Shown here in pieces: positions 1 through 9,281 of a stretch of DNA of 64,000 nucleotides. The position numbers and the translations under genes were made by a program. Below the pieces are notes generated by a model. That model was not told the origin of the DNA. It searched no databases and worked only from the letters and a program-made list of their open reading frames with translations. Each line of letters opens with the position of its first letter. Within the stretch, counting starts at the first letter, position 1. The DNA is from an uncultured Bacteroidota bacterium. Its GTDB lineage: Bacteria > CLD3 > SB21. Location of the stretch: positions 294,417 to 358,416 of the forward strand of contig CAYPYN010000003.1 of assembly GCA_964415295.1 (NCBI GenBank), in the 5' to 3' direction.

Positions 1-1169
1 CACGCGAGGGGTGTGTTATTATAACCGCTGGCGTGGCATTTCTGACATTGATCCTGAACCGTCAGATGACCGCCCGTCAAAGGGAATCGTGATGCGGCGT
101 GATCAAAAGCGGCCGGGGCCCACCCGGGATTGGTCGTGTGGCACGTCTCGCAATTCTGTGAATAGTTCCCGGAAACGTGATTGGGATCTGCGGCTTGCGT
201 GAAGTCGTTGCTGTGGCACGAGTAACATTGTTTCGAAGTATTCATGAATCCGCTGCCGTGACAGGACGAACATTGATTCCGTGCAGTATAATGGGCGCCG
301 GTCAGCGGGAAAGTCGTTACGGCATGATCAAACGATGCCGGCGACCAGCCGGGCGTTGTCGTGTGGCACTCCAGGCAATTTTTCGGATAATTGCCTGCGA
401 GATGTTTGGGATCGTTGGATTGGTCGTAATCGTTCTTATGACAATTGTAACAGTCGCCGGTCAACTTGTAATCCCCGTTCGTATGGCAAGCCGCACACGC
501 GATATGGGCGTGCGACTGGGTCAACTCAAAACCAAAAGATGCATGGTCGAGGATCCGTGCGGGGGACCAGCCCTGGGGTGTATGGCACGATTCGCATGCG
601 ATCGGGAAGTTTCGACCGGCATGGTCCGGGTTGGACGAAGTTCTGTAATCGGTCATATGGCATCCCGAGCAGGTGGTCGTCAGTCCTTTGAATTCGTTTT
701 GCTGTTGGTCTTTATGACAGCTTCGGCAAGCCGCGGTAGCATGTTTGCCCGTCAGAGGAAATCGGGTGAGATCGTGCTGGACTTTGAAATTAAATGGCTC
801 CCAGCTTTTGGAAGTATGGCACTGGTCGCATTGTTTTCCAAGCTGGCCTTTGTGGATATCATCGTGGCATTGGTAACATTGGTTTTTAGATCCGGTGAAT
901 TGAAAATTGGCATGGCAGGCCCTGCAGTCGCCGGCTTTGTGTTGTCCTTCCAACGGGAAATCGGTCTGGGTATTGTGATCAAATGCCATGTCCTTTCGGA
1001 TGCTTTTCCATTCGCCCGTCGCATGGCAGGCGTCGCAGGCGATCGATATCATACCATGCGGATTTTGCGTTTGCGCTTTTATGACCAACGTGTCCGGGCG
1101 CTCCTGGGCGCTCATAGCGGATCCTGAAAGAGCGGCCATTAAAAGCCAAGTGTAATAGCGTTTTTTCAT
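1..1169 (-). CDS. Multiheme c-type cytochrome, partial. The N-terminal 389 aa are in the window; the 3' end runs off the window start. Signal peptide MKKRYYTWLLMAALSGSAMSA. 14 CxxCH motifs.
   Basis: I translated the minus strand by hand from the ATG at 1167-1169; the frame is open to position 1. CxxCH motifs: CDACH, CRACH, CYQCH, CDQCH, CRSCH, CSGCH, CESCH, CAACH, CYNCH, CLECH, CSSCH, CYSCH, CETCH, CQKCH, with repeated FDH..FPL.G.H spacers. It is absent from the ORF track only because it is edge-truncated. The listed plus-strand ORFs 177..1127 and 281..691 are antisense shadows of it. Confidence 0.85.
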   Translation of the reverse strand, partial: MKKRYYTWLLMAALSGSAMSAQERPDTLVIKAQTQNPHGMISIACDACHATGEWKSIRKDMAFDHNTQTDFPLEGQHKAGDCRACHANFQFTGSKNQCYQCHDDIHKGQLGKQCDQCHTSKSWEPFNFKVQHDLTRFPLTGKHATAACRSCHKDQQQNEFKGLTTTCSGCHMTDYRTSSNPDHAGRNFPIACESCHTPQGWSPARILDHASFGFELTQSHAHIACAACHTNGDYKLTGDCYNCHKNDYDQSNDPKHLAGNYPKNCLECHTTTPGWSPASFDHAVTTFPLTGAHYTARNQCSSCHGSGFMNTSKQCYSCHSNDFTQAADPNHVSGNYSQNCETCHTTNPGWAPAAFDHAASRFPLTGGHLTVQDQCQKCHASGYNNTPLA

Positions 1170-1176
1170 ATTCGTA

Positions 1177-2901
1177 TTACTTTAAGTGGGCATGACAAGA
1201 TGAACACTTCGTATCTATCGGTTTGTAAACCGTCGTTACGATGCCGTTATTCAGAGTGACGCTCCGATGACACTTCACGCATTCGATCTTCTCGTGCGCC
1301 CCCGATAAAGGAAAACGCGACTGACGCGTATGGTCGAATGCCGCCGGTCTGAATCCGTTCTCGTTATGGCACCGTTCACATGGCGTGTCTCCCGACATGG
1401 TTTTAAACTGACCAAAATGAAAATCCGAATGACACGATTCACAGGCCGACGAAAGGCCTTTGTATTGGGTGTCCGAACTCTGTCCGGTGGAAGTCTTGTG
1501 ACACTTAACGCAGCCGACTTGGGCGTGTTTACCTTTCAATGGGAAGGCTGAATCTTTATTATGATCAAATAGGAGTTCATTCCAGGCATCCGTCCGATGG
1601 CATGACTCGCAGCCTGTTTTTGAGACCTTTTCTTTGAATTGGTCTTTGTGAATGTCTGTGTGGCAATCCGCGCAAGCCTTCGCCAAAAAGCGGAATACAA
1701 CGGTCGGTTCGGCGGGACGCGAATTCAGGCCGGTCCTCTTGCCGAATTCGTCTCCTGAGAGCCGATCATGGCACTGGTTGCATCCGACGGCCGCGTGAGA
1801 GCCGGTCAGTGGGAATTGTGAACCGGCGTGATCCGTGATCGAAAATATAGAAGGAGTGAAGCCGTTCGTGTTATGGCAGCGTTCACATCGGCCCTGGTCG
1901 GGTGTGGAACTAAATTGTTCGGCGTGGTTAAACTTGTGGCAATCGCGGCATTCGACGTACTTCAATCCCTTGAATTGCGCCTTTTTTTTGATGTCCGGCT
2001 GATGGCATTTTTCGCAGTTGACGGAGAGATGTTTGCCGGTCAATGGAAAGTTGGTCTTTGAGTGATCAAAGCCGCTTACTGTGACGTTTTGCCAGCCGCC
2101 GGGCACATGGCACTTTTCGCAGGTTTGACCAAATTTGTTGTTGTGCGGGTCGGTATGGCAAACGGTGCACTTATCGAATCTCATATCCGAAAGATTCATA
2201 TAATCGGGGTCGACCTGCCCGTTCGGCTTTTTTCTTGAGTCCGGAACCAAAACATGGCACTGCTCGCAGGAAGCCAATGAATGCCTTCCGGTCAAAGGGA
2301 ATCGGGTATTGCTGTGGTCAAATTTGGCTTCAACAGATCTCTTCCAGTCTTCGAAATCATGACATTCCGTACAAGGCTTTGTCATGTGGTTTCGATGTTC
2401 GTTAAAATGGCAATGGCGGCAGTCCTGACCTAATCCGAGGAATGTCCTCGATAATGAAAGTCCTTCGGCCGCCCGGTTCCGAACGGCATTGTCCTTGATG
2501 AATTCCGGTTTGTGGCAGCTTTCACACCTGGCGGTCTTGTGCTTACCTTCGAGCACGTATCCGGTTTGATCGTGCGAAAAACCGGTTTTGCCTCCTTCCC
2601 ACCTGATCATATCAAATTGACGACCTCTGTGTTCGGTGTGGCACTGAATGCATTCTTTATTTCGTACGGACGCTGAGCCGTGGAAGCCTTTATTCTGATC
2701 GATGCGGGACCGCAGCAGAGCATGGCACTCCAGGCATTTAGTCTTGTTGATCTTCTTTCCCAGATCATGGCATTGAGTGCATTGATTCATTCCTTCCAGA
2801 GAAGCGTGGGCATTGGTGAGGTCACCCGGCGAGAATTGGGCAAAAGCATTCCATGATAAAAGCAACAGCAGTCCGGTCGTATGTTTGAGAATGTGTTGCA
2901 T
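1177..2901 (-). CDS. Multiheme c-type cytochrome, 574 aa, 20 CxxCH motifs, Sec signal peptide (..WNAFA-QF).
   Basis: 20 CxxCH counted in the translation. Repeated c7-like modules F(D/S)HxxTxFPLxGxHxxxxCxxCH. Paralogous to the 589-aa MHC at 5106..6875 (near-identical N-terminus QFSPGxLTxAHASLEGxxxCTQCHDLGxKIN). Confidence 0.9.
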   Translation of the reverse strand: MQHILKHTTGLLLLLSWNAFAQFSPGDLTNAHASLEGMNQCTQCHDLGKKINKTKCLECHALLRSRIDQNKGFHGSASVRNKECIQCHTEHRGRQFDMIRWEGGKTGFSHDQTGYVLEGKHKTARCESCHKPEFIKDNAVRNRAAEGLSLSRTFLGLGQDCRHCHFNEHRNHMTKPCTECHDFEDWKRSVEAKFDHSNTRFPLTGRHSLASCEQCHVLVPDSRKKPNGQVDPDYMNLSDMRFDKCTVCHTDPHNNKFGQTCEKCHVPGGWQNVTVSGFDHSKTNFPLTGKHLSVNCEKCHQPDIKKKAQFKGLKYVECRDCHKFNHAEQFSSTPDQGRCERCHNTNGFTPSIFSITDHAGSQFPLTGSHAAVGCNQCHDRLSGDEFGKRTGLNSRPAEPTVVFRFLAKACADCHTDIHKDQFKEKVSKTGCESCHRTDAWNELLFDHNKDSAFPLKGKHAQVGCVKCHKTSTGQSSDTQYKGLSSACESCHSDFHFGQFKTMSGDTPCERCHNENGFRPAAFDHTRQSRFPLSGAHEKIECVKCHRSVTLNNGIVTTVYKPIDTKCSSCHAHLK

Positions 2902-2975
2902 CAGAAGCAGGTATTGAAGAATTCGTTCTATTTGAACCTTCGTTTTCGGATCAAGGAAGATTTTGTCTATTTCTA

Positions 2976-4280
2976 TTAGCGCAAGTAATAGTTCATTCTT
3001 ATGAAAACGGACGTATGGGGATCGGTGGCATTACCGATTTCCTCCGATGCCGTCAGAGCTCCGAAAAAATCTCTGGTGATCCTGTAACTCACATCGGCAC
3101 TGATGATCGACAGAAGATGGTTGCGGGCCGGCGTTTTGATATTCCACTGATACGTGTTCAGATTATAGGTCATCGTCGCATCGAGTCTGTTCTGCAGAAA
3201 ATCCCGGTTGAACCACAGCGCCGTCTGTATGTTTCTTAGCCATTGATTGGATGTGTAAGAGGCACTGATGCCGGTATTGAGCCGCACCCAAAAATAATTT
3301 CTATAACCGGTCCGAAGATCTGCGTAAATCAGATCGCCGTTACCGAACCGTTTTTTGAGAGTTGAAGAGATATCCAACATGCCGATCCGCGGATTATAGT
3401 AGGCGCGGTAATTGGTTGTAAGCGATACGTTCTTTTCGGTCGAAGAGTAAAAATATTTATCGGACGCATTTATCGTGTCCGTTCGTGTAAGAAAATGGGT
3501 TGTCCGGTTACGGTAGTCAAAGGTTGTACGGAAATTGAGTGATTTGTTGAAACGGTAATACACCGACGACTGTGAATAACCGATGAGGCTTTCATTGACA
3601 ATATATTGGGTTCGGTGATACAGGCGGAGGTTAGTAACTGGCTTATAGTCGCCGTACAAGTAGGCTTTCGTCAATGATGTGGACTCATACTTTTCGGCCG
3701 TAAATCCGAGGCCGGCCGACCAGAGGTTGTGCAAATGAATAAGACTGCCGCCGTAGTTATATCCGCGGCCCGTCGGATCGTTGCGGTAAAAATCGTTGAT
3801 CGTTCCGCCGAAAGCCGATAGATCGAACAGGTTGCCCAGCCGTATATTTTCTGCGGATACACCATTGATTGGGTAGGCGTCCACTACAGGCATGAGCGGG
3901 ATAATACGTCCAGCTTTGACTTGTCTGAAATTGTCGCCGTACGCGGCGTAAAGCTGCTTTACGATATAACGGTTTTGAAATCTTTGTCCTTCGGTTATAC
4001 CTTTCGTTCCGGTAAAGGTGTTTTTTTCATAATAGTCTATCTTGAACTGGTATTTGACCGCGCCAGAATTCGCATCAAATATCCGGTAATTCAGCATCGC
4101 GTAGTTGCTCAACGCGTTCAGGGACGACGAAGCGCCGGTTTGCGAATAGTAATTCCAAGTGGTTGATAAACGGCCGACAAGGTTCTTTCCGACGGGCATC
4201 GAAGGATTTTGCGCACCCACCGTCGCGTCCGCCAGGATCAGTAGAAATATCGTTTTCATGAGTATATCAAGATATTTCAT
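2976..4280 (-). CDS. Outer-membrane beta-barrel protein, putative porin partner of the cytochromes (~434 aa from the Met at 4278-4280; the ORF track extends it to 4331).
   Basis: Signal peptide MKYLDILMKTIFLLILADATVGA-QN. Rich in Y/N/T/G/S, with alternating hydrophobic/polar short strands typical of beta-barrels. Its start codon overlaps the stop of the upstream MHC-9 (ATGA at 4278-4282). It sits between multiheme cytochromes. Confidence 0.65.
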   Translation of the reverse strand: MKYLDILMKTIFLLILADATVGAQNPSMPVGKNLVGRLSTTWNYYSQTGASSSLNALSNYAMLNYRIFDANSGAVKYQFKIDYYEKNTFTGTKGITEGQRFQNRYIVKQLYAAYGDNFRQVKAGRIIPLMPVVDAYPINGVSAENIRLGNLFDLSAFGGTINDFYRNDPTGRGYNYGGSLIHLHNLWSAGLGFTAEKYESTSLTKAYLYGDYKPVTNLRLYHRTQYIVNESLIGYSQSSVYYRFNKSLNFRTTFDYRNRTTHFLTRTDTINASDKYFYSSTEKNVSLTTNYRAYYNPRIGMLDISSTLKKRFGNGDLIYADLRTGYRNYFWVRLNTGISASYTSNQWLRNIQTALWFNRDFLQNRLDATMTYNLNTYQWNIKTPARNHLLSIISADVSYRITRDFFGALTASEEIGNATDPHTSVFIRMNYYLR

Positions 4281-5044
4281 CAGTCGTCTCCTCCCTCGCC
4301 CTTGTGATCGAAGTCGTGGCATTCCCGGCATGTGTAAGTGGAGTAGTCGGGCGCATTCCGGTGGCAGGTTTCGCAGCTGCGGCGGTGATGACCGGTCAGC
4401 GAGAACCAGGCGTCAAGGTGCGGATAATCGTTCCAGCCGTTCATGTTGTGGCAGGCGAGGCAATCGCCGAGAGCTTCCCATTGCGCATGCTGAGGAGGAG
4501 CTCCGATGGCCCGGTGGCAGTCGGAACATTGATTCACATTGGGCATCTTGAATGTTATCAGATTACGGTGGCAATCCGCGCAATCAAGTCCGCGATGTCC
4601 TCCGATCATGATAAAGGTCTCACCGGTGTGATTGAAGGTCGAAGGCGCCCAGGCTTCTTCATTGTGACACCGTTCGCAATCGGGTCCGAGTTCGCCCTGG
4701 TGGGGCTCTTTGTGGCAGACGGCGCACTCGCGTATGGAGGTGTTGAACTTTCCGCCGGCGTGGCAGCTTTGGCAATTGGTTCGCTCATGGGCGCCGCGCA
4801 ATGGGAATCCCGTTTTCGTGTGGTCGTAATCTACATGCGGCTTTATGACTTTCCAGGAATCGGTGGTATGACAAACCTCGCATGGGAATTCAAACCGCTT
4901 GTGCGGAATTTTTACAAACGGCGTATCCGTTACCGCAAAATGTAATTCCGGCGATGCATTCACGTTCCAATCCAAATTGGCAGGGGCGGTGCCGAACCAA
5001 AGAGTCATACCGACGATCAGGCCGGCGAGAATGTTTTCACTCAT
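4280..5044 (-). CDS. Multiheme c-type cytochrome, 254 aa, 9 CxxCH motifs, with an N-terminal hydrophobic segment (signal peptide or membrane anchor).
   Basis: CEVCH, CQSCH, CAVCH, CERCH, CADCH, CSDCH, CLACH, CETCH, CRECH. Same module order as the partial MHC at 1..1169 (CxxCH..W..FDHxKTxFPLxGxH..CxxCHA..F..CxxCHxxxHxGxLGxxCxxCH). Confidence 0.9.
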   Translation of the reverse strand: MSENILAGLIVGMTLWFGTAPANLDWNVNASPELHFAVTDTPFVKIPHKRFEFPCEVCHTTDSWKVIKPHVDYDHTKTGFPLRGAHERTNCQSCHAGGKFNTSIRECAVCHKEPHQGELGPDCERCHNEEAWAPSTFNHTGETFIMIGGHRGLDCADCHRNLITFKMPNVNQCSDCHRAIGAPPQHAQWEALGDCLACHNMNGWNDYPHLDAWFSLTGHHRRSCETCHRNAPDYSTYTCRECHDFDHKGEGGDD

Positions 5045-5105
5045 AGTGTGTCTTATAGATGATTTGCATAAAAAGCTGTCTTAATGGAAAATCTGAACTT
5101 TGTTT

Positions 5106-6875
5106 CTATTTTAGCTCAAAAACGCCTTCGTGTTTATCCGGATGACAGGAGGCGCAATCCGACGCGACCGGTTTGTATAACGTGATGAGCGAGTCCGATT
5201 CTATTTTTGTGAGAACATGACACTTGGCACAGTCTACTTTCCGATGGGCGCCCGTCAAAGCAAAGACCGATTGTGTGTTGTGATCAAACAAGGAAGGTTT
5301 GAATTTCTCGGCATTGTGGCACCTCTCGCAATACGTGAGACGCCCGGACTCGACCGAATCGGTCTTTTGGGCAAACTGACCTTCGTGCACATCCTTGTGG
5401 CAGCTTTCGCAGAAGTTGGAGACCGGTTTGTATAATACCCATTTGGCCGGCGTACGGTCGTCCTGCGATTTATGGCATTTCTCGCACTTCGCCTCCTTAT
5501 GTTTCCCCAAAAGCGGGAATTCGGAGTCCTTGTCGTGATCAAATACCAAGTCCTTCCAACCTGTCACTTTATGGCAGATGTCGCAGTCGTATTTTTTGAG
5601 CTTTTCTGCAAATTGTCCACGGTGAATATCCGTGTGGCAAGAACCGCATTTGCGATCGGTGAATTTGAATAGCATCGCCGACGAATCTCCGGGTGCGGCT
5701 AAACCGGTTCGGGTTTTGAACACCGCCGGTTCCAGCTTGACATGGCATTTATTGCAGGTCGTTTTAATATGCGCGCCGGCCAGCACGTATTTCGACTCTG
5801 TGTTATGGCGTTCAACAGTGAAAAGCGAAGGAACGAATCCGCTCTCGTTATGGCATGCTTCGCATTTTCCTTTGTCAGCGCGGGAAGAAAACTGTCCGGC
5901 GTGAGTATCCTTGTGGCAATCCGTGCATTTGGAGAATGACATATTCTTGTAGGCCGCCGGTTTCTTCGGATCCGGCTGATGGCATTTGTCGCAGGCCACA
6001 TGCCGATGCTCTCCGATCAGCGGGTAACGCGTCTTATTGTGGTCAAAACCCTCCATCACGACGTGAGTCCACCCTAAAGCGTCGTGGCACTTGACGCAGT
6101 TCCGGCCAAATTTGTTTTGGTGCGGATCCTTATGGCAGGGCGTGCAATTGGAGAAATCCAGCTTCTTGTAATTCGCAAAATTCTGGTCCGTACTGCCGTC
6201 GGGTTTTTTCCGTACGTCTTCGGTCAGGGCGTGGCATTGGACGCATTCGACTTTTTGGTGCCGTCCGATAAGCGGATACTTTGTTTTACTGTGATCAAAT
6301 CTCGTCTTCACCGACTCTTTCCAGTTGTCAAAGTCATGGCATTGGCCGCACTTAGGATCCAGTTGTCCCCGGTGCTCATCAAAGTGACACGTCGCGCATT
6401 GCTGGGACAAACCCAGATGCGTATTTTTGATAGAGACAGTGACGCCGGACTGCAGTCGGACAGTAGGGGAAACAATTTGTTCGGGTTTATGGCATTTTTC
6501 GCACCGATCGGTCTTATGTTTACCTTCCAGTTTGTACCCTGTGAGACTATGATCAAAGGCCGACTTACCGCCCTCCCATCGGATCATTTTGAATCCGCGG
6601 CCCTTGTGTTCGAAATGGCAGGCGATGCACTCTTTAGAGCGAACGGAGGAGGAAGCGTGGTATCCTTTTCCGGCATCGACGCGCTCTTTGAGTTCCACAT
6701 GGCATGAAAGGCACTTCTGTCCGTTGATCTTCTGGCCGAGGTCATGGCATTGTGTGCAGTTGTCGGTACCTTCCAGAGATGCGTGGGCCTGAGTCAATTC
6801 TCCGGGTGAGAATTGAGCACGGGCGCTCGTTCCCGACAAAACAGACAAAGCCAAAGCGATCAGAACGCGTTTCAT
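5106..6875 (-). CDS. Multiheme c-type cytochrome, 589 aa, 20 CxxCH motifs, signal peptide (..SARA-QF).
   Basis: 20 CxxCH counted. Paralog of 1177..2901. Confidence 0.9.
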   Translation of the reverse strand: MKRVLIALALSVLSGTSARAQFSPGELTQAHASLEGTDNCTQCHDLGQKINGQKCLSCHVELKERVDAGKGYHASSSVRSKECIACHFEHKGRGFKMIRWEGGKSAFDHSLTGYKLEGKHKTDRCEKCHKPEQIVSPTVRLQSGVTVSIKNTHLGLSQQCATCHFDEHRGQLDPKCGQCHDFDNWKESVKTRFDHSKTKYPLIGRHQKVECVQCHALTEDVRKKPDGSTDQNFANYKKLDFSNCTPCHKDPHQNKFGRNCVKCHDALGWTHVVMEGFDHNKTRYPLIGEHRHVACDKCHQPDPKKPAAYKNMSFSKCTDCHKDTHAGQFSSRADKGKCEACHNESGFVPSLFTVERHNTESKYVLAGAHIKTTCNKCHVKLEPAVFKTRTGLAAPGDSSAMLFKFTDRKCGSCHTDIHRGQFAEKLKKYDCDICHKVTGWKDLVFDHDKDSEFPLLGKHKEAKCEKCHKSQDDRTPAKWVLYKPVSNFCESCHKDVHEGQFAQKTDSVESGRLTYCERCHNAEKFKPSLFDHNTQSVFALTGAHRKVDCAKCHVLTKIESDSLITLYKPVASDCASCHPDKHEGVFELK

Positions 6876-7483
6876 TTTACGTTTCCTAACATGGATCTGG
6901 CTTTGGAGGCGAACTCAGAATTGGGCTGCAGTTCTATCGTTCTGGAAAAATAGGTTCTCGCGGCATCGGTCTTTCCGATATTGGCATGAATCACGCCCAG
7001 GTTGAAAGTGGCCGTTATGTTGCCTTTATCACCGGCAAGAATCGAGTTAAGTTCGGCGATAGCCTTTTCGGGATTTCCGGAATTGAAAAAGCACACCGCG
7101 TAGTCATTGCGAACGTTGTTGTTGCTCGGATCGATGGAGAGGGCTTTGCCGTAGGGTTCGATCGCGTCTTTAAAGTTACCGTTATCATAAAGCAAGTTGC
7201 CAAGCTGAATAAGATGTTCCAGGTCGTTCGGGTTTTTTTGTAACTGTTCCTTGAGCATTTTGATATTCATCAGCGCGTCGTGATTGGACGGAACGGATTT
7301 TCCTGTTATCGATGAAGCTTCGGAGGAACCGGTTCCTCCAGGCATCGGGACATTCATCGACGGTTCATCGTGATGGTGGGTATCTATCCTTTCAGTTGGT
7401 TCGTCCTTATAAAGGATGAGAATAGCCACGACCATAAAGACTCCGCCAAAAACAAGCGGGTAAAGATTCTTCTTGGAATTCAT
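6872..7483 (-). CDS. Membrane-anchored TPR-repeat protein (CcmI/NrfG-like TPR; possible cytochrome maturation or complex-assembly factor).
   Basis: One N-terminal TM helix (LVFGGVFMVVAILILY), then TPR-like repeats (GNLLYDNGNFKDAIEPYGKALSIDP..). Embedded in the cytochrome operon; overlaps the downstream gene by 4 nt. Confidence 0.55.
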   Translation of the reverse strand: MNSKKNLYPLVFGGVFMVVAILILYKDEPTERIDTHHHDEPSMNVPMPGGTGSSEASSITGKSVPSNHDALMNIKMLKEQLQKNPNDLEHLIQLGNLLYDNGNFKDAIEPYGKALSIDPSNNNVRNDYAVCFFNSGNPEKAIAELNSILAGDKGNITATFNLGVIHANIGKTDAARTYFSRTIELQPNSEFASKARSMLGNVK

Positions 7484-7496
7484 AAATCTCCTGCGG

Positions 7497-8375
7497 TTAA
7501 AAGATCCAGGTGTATCCGAATAAGAAAGCTACAACGATATGGGCGATCAAGATCACACCCATAATGATCGTAAAAGGCATGTGAATCACGTGCCAGTGCC
7601 GGAAAAGCTTTTGCACGGTCACGAGGGTCTGAATTTGACGCTGGATTCGCGACCGGTCCAGAAACAAATGTCTGACGGCATACAGATGTTCGTGGGCCAC
7701 GTTTTGCAGTTCGAGGTGTTTTATGGCACGGTGGATCTGGAAATAGCGTTTGATATCGTACCACATGAGCTTGGGCAATGTGGTAAAGAAGGAAGCCCGT
7801 TCATCAGAAACAAATGCAAATGTCAGGGCATCAAAGCTCTGAATTTGTTCTTTTGCCAATCCGTACTCCGTCGACAGCGTTTGAGTTATCAGATTGAGAT
7901 GTTTCTGGAGTTCCGATGCGGTCAGATCCTTTCCCGAAAGACTTTTGGGAATAAGGAGGTAGATATACCGGCCCAGAATGCCGCTCGCCACGACGCAGAC
8001 CATGCTCCAGAAGCTGACGGCCACGATGCCGCCGAATTTGAAGGCCGAATGGTAGAGTATGAGAGCCGGTCCCAAGAGGCAGAGAAATATGTGGAACTCC
8101 AGAACGTGTTTGATCTGCCCGAAGCCGGCAAGCAGGCTCCAGCGCTTGCGCAATGAATAAAGAGCCACGCCAATGATCATCATGAAAGTTCCGATGAATC
8201 CCATACCGTGACCCCAGAAACCGACCGGGCTCAGGTTTTCGTGCATGGGATGAAGATTGCGTTCTTCGACAGGTGTGGCGTAATAGTCCGAACCGTAATA
8301 ACCGATCAAAACGACGGTGCCCAATCCGACGACCGTCATGGTCCATATGAATATGCGGTGTGCAATTTTGTTCAT
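7497..8375 (-). CDS. His-rich 4-TM integral membrane protein, 292 aa. Putative di-heme b-type quinol dehydrogenase / membrane electron carrier. Paralog of 9272..9823.
   Basis: Predicted TM helices with invariant His (HEF, ILYHS, HWHVIHMP...IAHIV). Clear alignment to the 183-aa protein (AYSLRK, HEF, L(I/V)xH, SG(I/L)xG(R/K)Y(I/L)). No family recognised by eye. Confidence 0.6.
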   Translation of the reverse strand: MNKIAHRIFIWTMTVVGLGTVVLIGYYGSDYYATPVEERNLHPMHENLSPVGFWGHGMGFIGTFMMIIGVALYSLRKRWSLLAGFGQIKHVLEFHIFLCLLGPALILYHSAFKFGGIVAVSFWSMVCVVASGILGRYIYLLIPKSLSGKDLTASELQKHLNLITQTLSTEYGLAKEQIQSFDALTFAFVSDERASFFTTLPKLMWYDIKRYFQIHRAIKHLELQNVAHEHLYAVRHLFLDRSRIQRQIQTLVTVQKLFRHWHVIHMPFTIIMGVILIAHIVVAFLFGYTWIF

Positions 8376-8402
8376 GTGTTCTTTTGCGTTTGTCCAAATA
8401 TA

Positions 8403-9281
8403 TTAGTCGTCATTTTCCTTATGTTTAGAGTCGTGTCTGTCCCGGCCGTCTTTCTTGACTTCGTGTTTGTTTCCGCTGCGGTGACAACGCACGCAGTTCT
8501 GGTAGTCGCTGATACCTTCCTCCTCATGTTCCTCGCGGATCTTGGCGGGTGAGTGCTCGTGGCACCCGTAACAGGAATAGGAACGGAAATCATCTTTGGT
8601 ATGGCATGTGGCGCATTCCGTCCGATGGTCTTTGTCAAATCGGAAGTACCGGTCGTGATCATACGTTGCCGGTTTCCATGCTTCGGTAGTGTGGCAATGT
8701 CCGCACGCCGTGTCTATAAGCCGGTGCAGCGCATCCTCCGGCTTGTTATGACAAGCGGTACACGCCATCTGCCGGGACGAATCCAATACGGCATGATCAA
8801 AACGCGCCGGTTTCCAAACCGTAATGTCATGGCAGTGGACGCAGGATGCAGAAATGACCCGGTGAATCCGGTCACTAGGCCGGCTGTGGCACTGCTCGCA
8901 TCGGCTTTTCAGAGAGTCCGGTAAGACGTCGTGGGAAAAAGTACGGCCGGCATAATGGCGCCCAAGATGGTCCAAGTGGCATGCAGCGCATGGCTGTACT
9001 TCCAATTGTCTATGAAATGCCGCCGGCTTTCCAGTTGAGTCCATAGGTGTACCGTCGACTTTGAATAGACCGATCTGCTCGGGTCGATGGCATGTTACGC
9101 ATTTGTCCCGCGTAATTCCGCGAAATGCGGAATGGCAGGCAAAACAATCGTTATCTATTTGTTGATGCGCCAAGATCAGATCGCCCGGATTAAGCATGGG
9201 TTCCGGATAATACAGCATGATAGCGGTATAACCAACGCCTGCCAGAATAGTCATGAGGAGCATCAGCCATTTCATCGCCAT
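8403..9281 (-). CDS. Multiheme c-type cytochrome, ~293-320 aa, 10 CxxCH motifs, N-terminal TM anchor. Start probably at the Met at 9281 or 9275.
   Basis: CFACH, CVTCH, CAACH, CEQCH, CVHCH, CTACH, CGHCH, CATCH, CYGCH, CVRCH. Hydrophobic N-terminus WLMLLMTILAGVGYTAIMLYY. Confidence 0.85.
   Translation of the reverse strand: MAMKWLMLLMTILAGVGYTAIMLYYPEPMLNPGDLILAHQQIDNDCFACHSAFRGITRDKCVTCHRPEQIGLFKVDGTPMDSTGKPAAFHRQLEVQPCAACHLDHLGRHYAGRTFSHDVLPDSLKSRCEQCHSRPSDRIHRVISASCVHCHDITVWKPARFDHAVLDSSRQMACTACHNKPEDALHRLIDTACGHCHTTEAWKPATYDHDRYFRFDKDHRTECATCHTKDDFRSYSCYGCHEHSPAKIREEHEEEGISDYQNCVRCHRSGNKHEVKKDGRDRHDSKHKENDD

Noticed and set aside
177-1127. Plus-strand ORFs of 316 aa and 136 aa (281..691) at the window start.
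   Set aside because: Antisense shadows of the minus-strand multiheme cytochrome. The minus frame yields 14 CxxCH motifs and a signal peptide, while the plus-strand translations are low-complexity nonsense.
4304-4945. 213-aa plus-strand ORF and other internal ORFs (6084..6707, 7539..8156, 7831..8397, 8208..8552, 18225..18965, 26105..26749, 40380..41117, 12482..13129).
   Set aside because: All overlap well-supported genes on the opposite strand or in an alternate frame and show no motifs. Treated as spurious.
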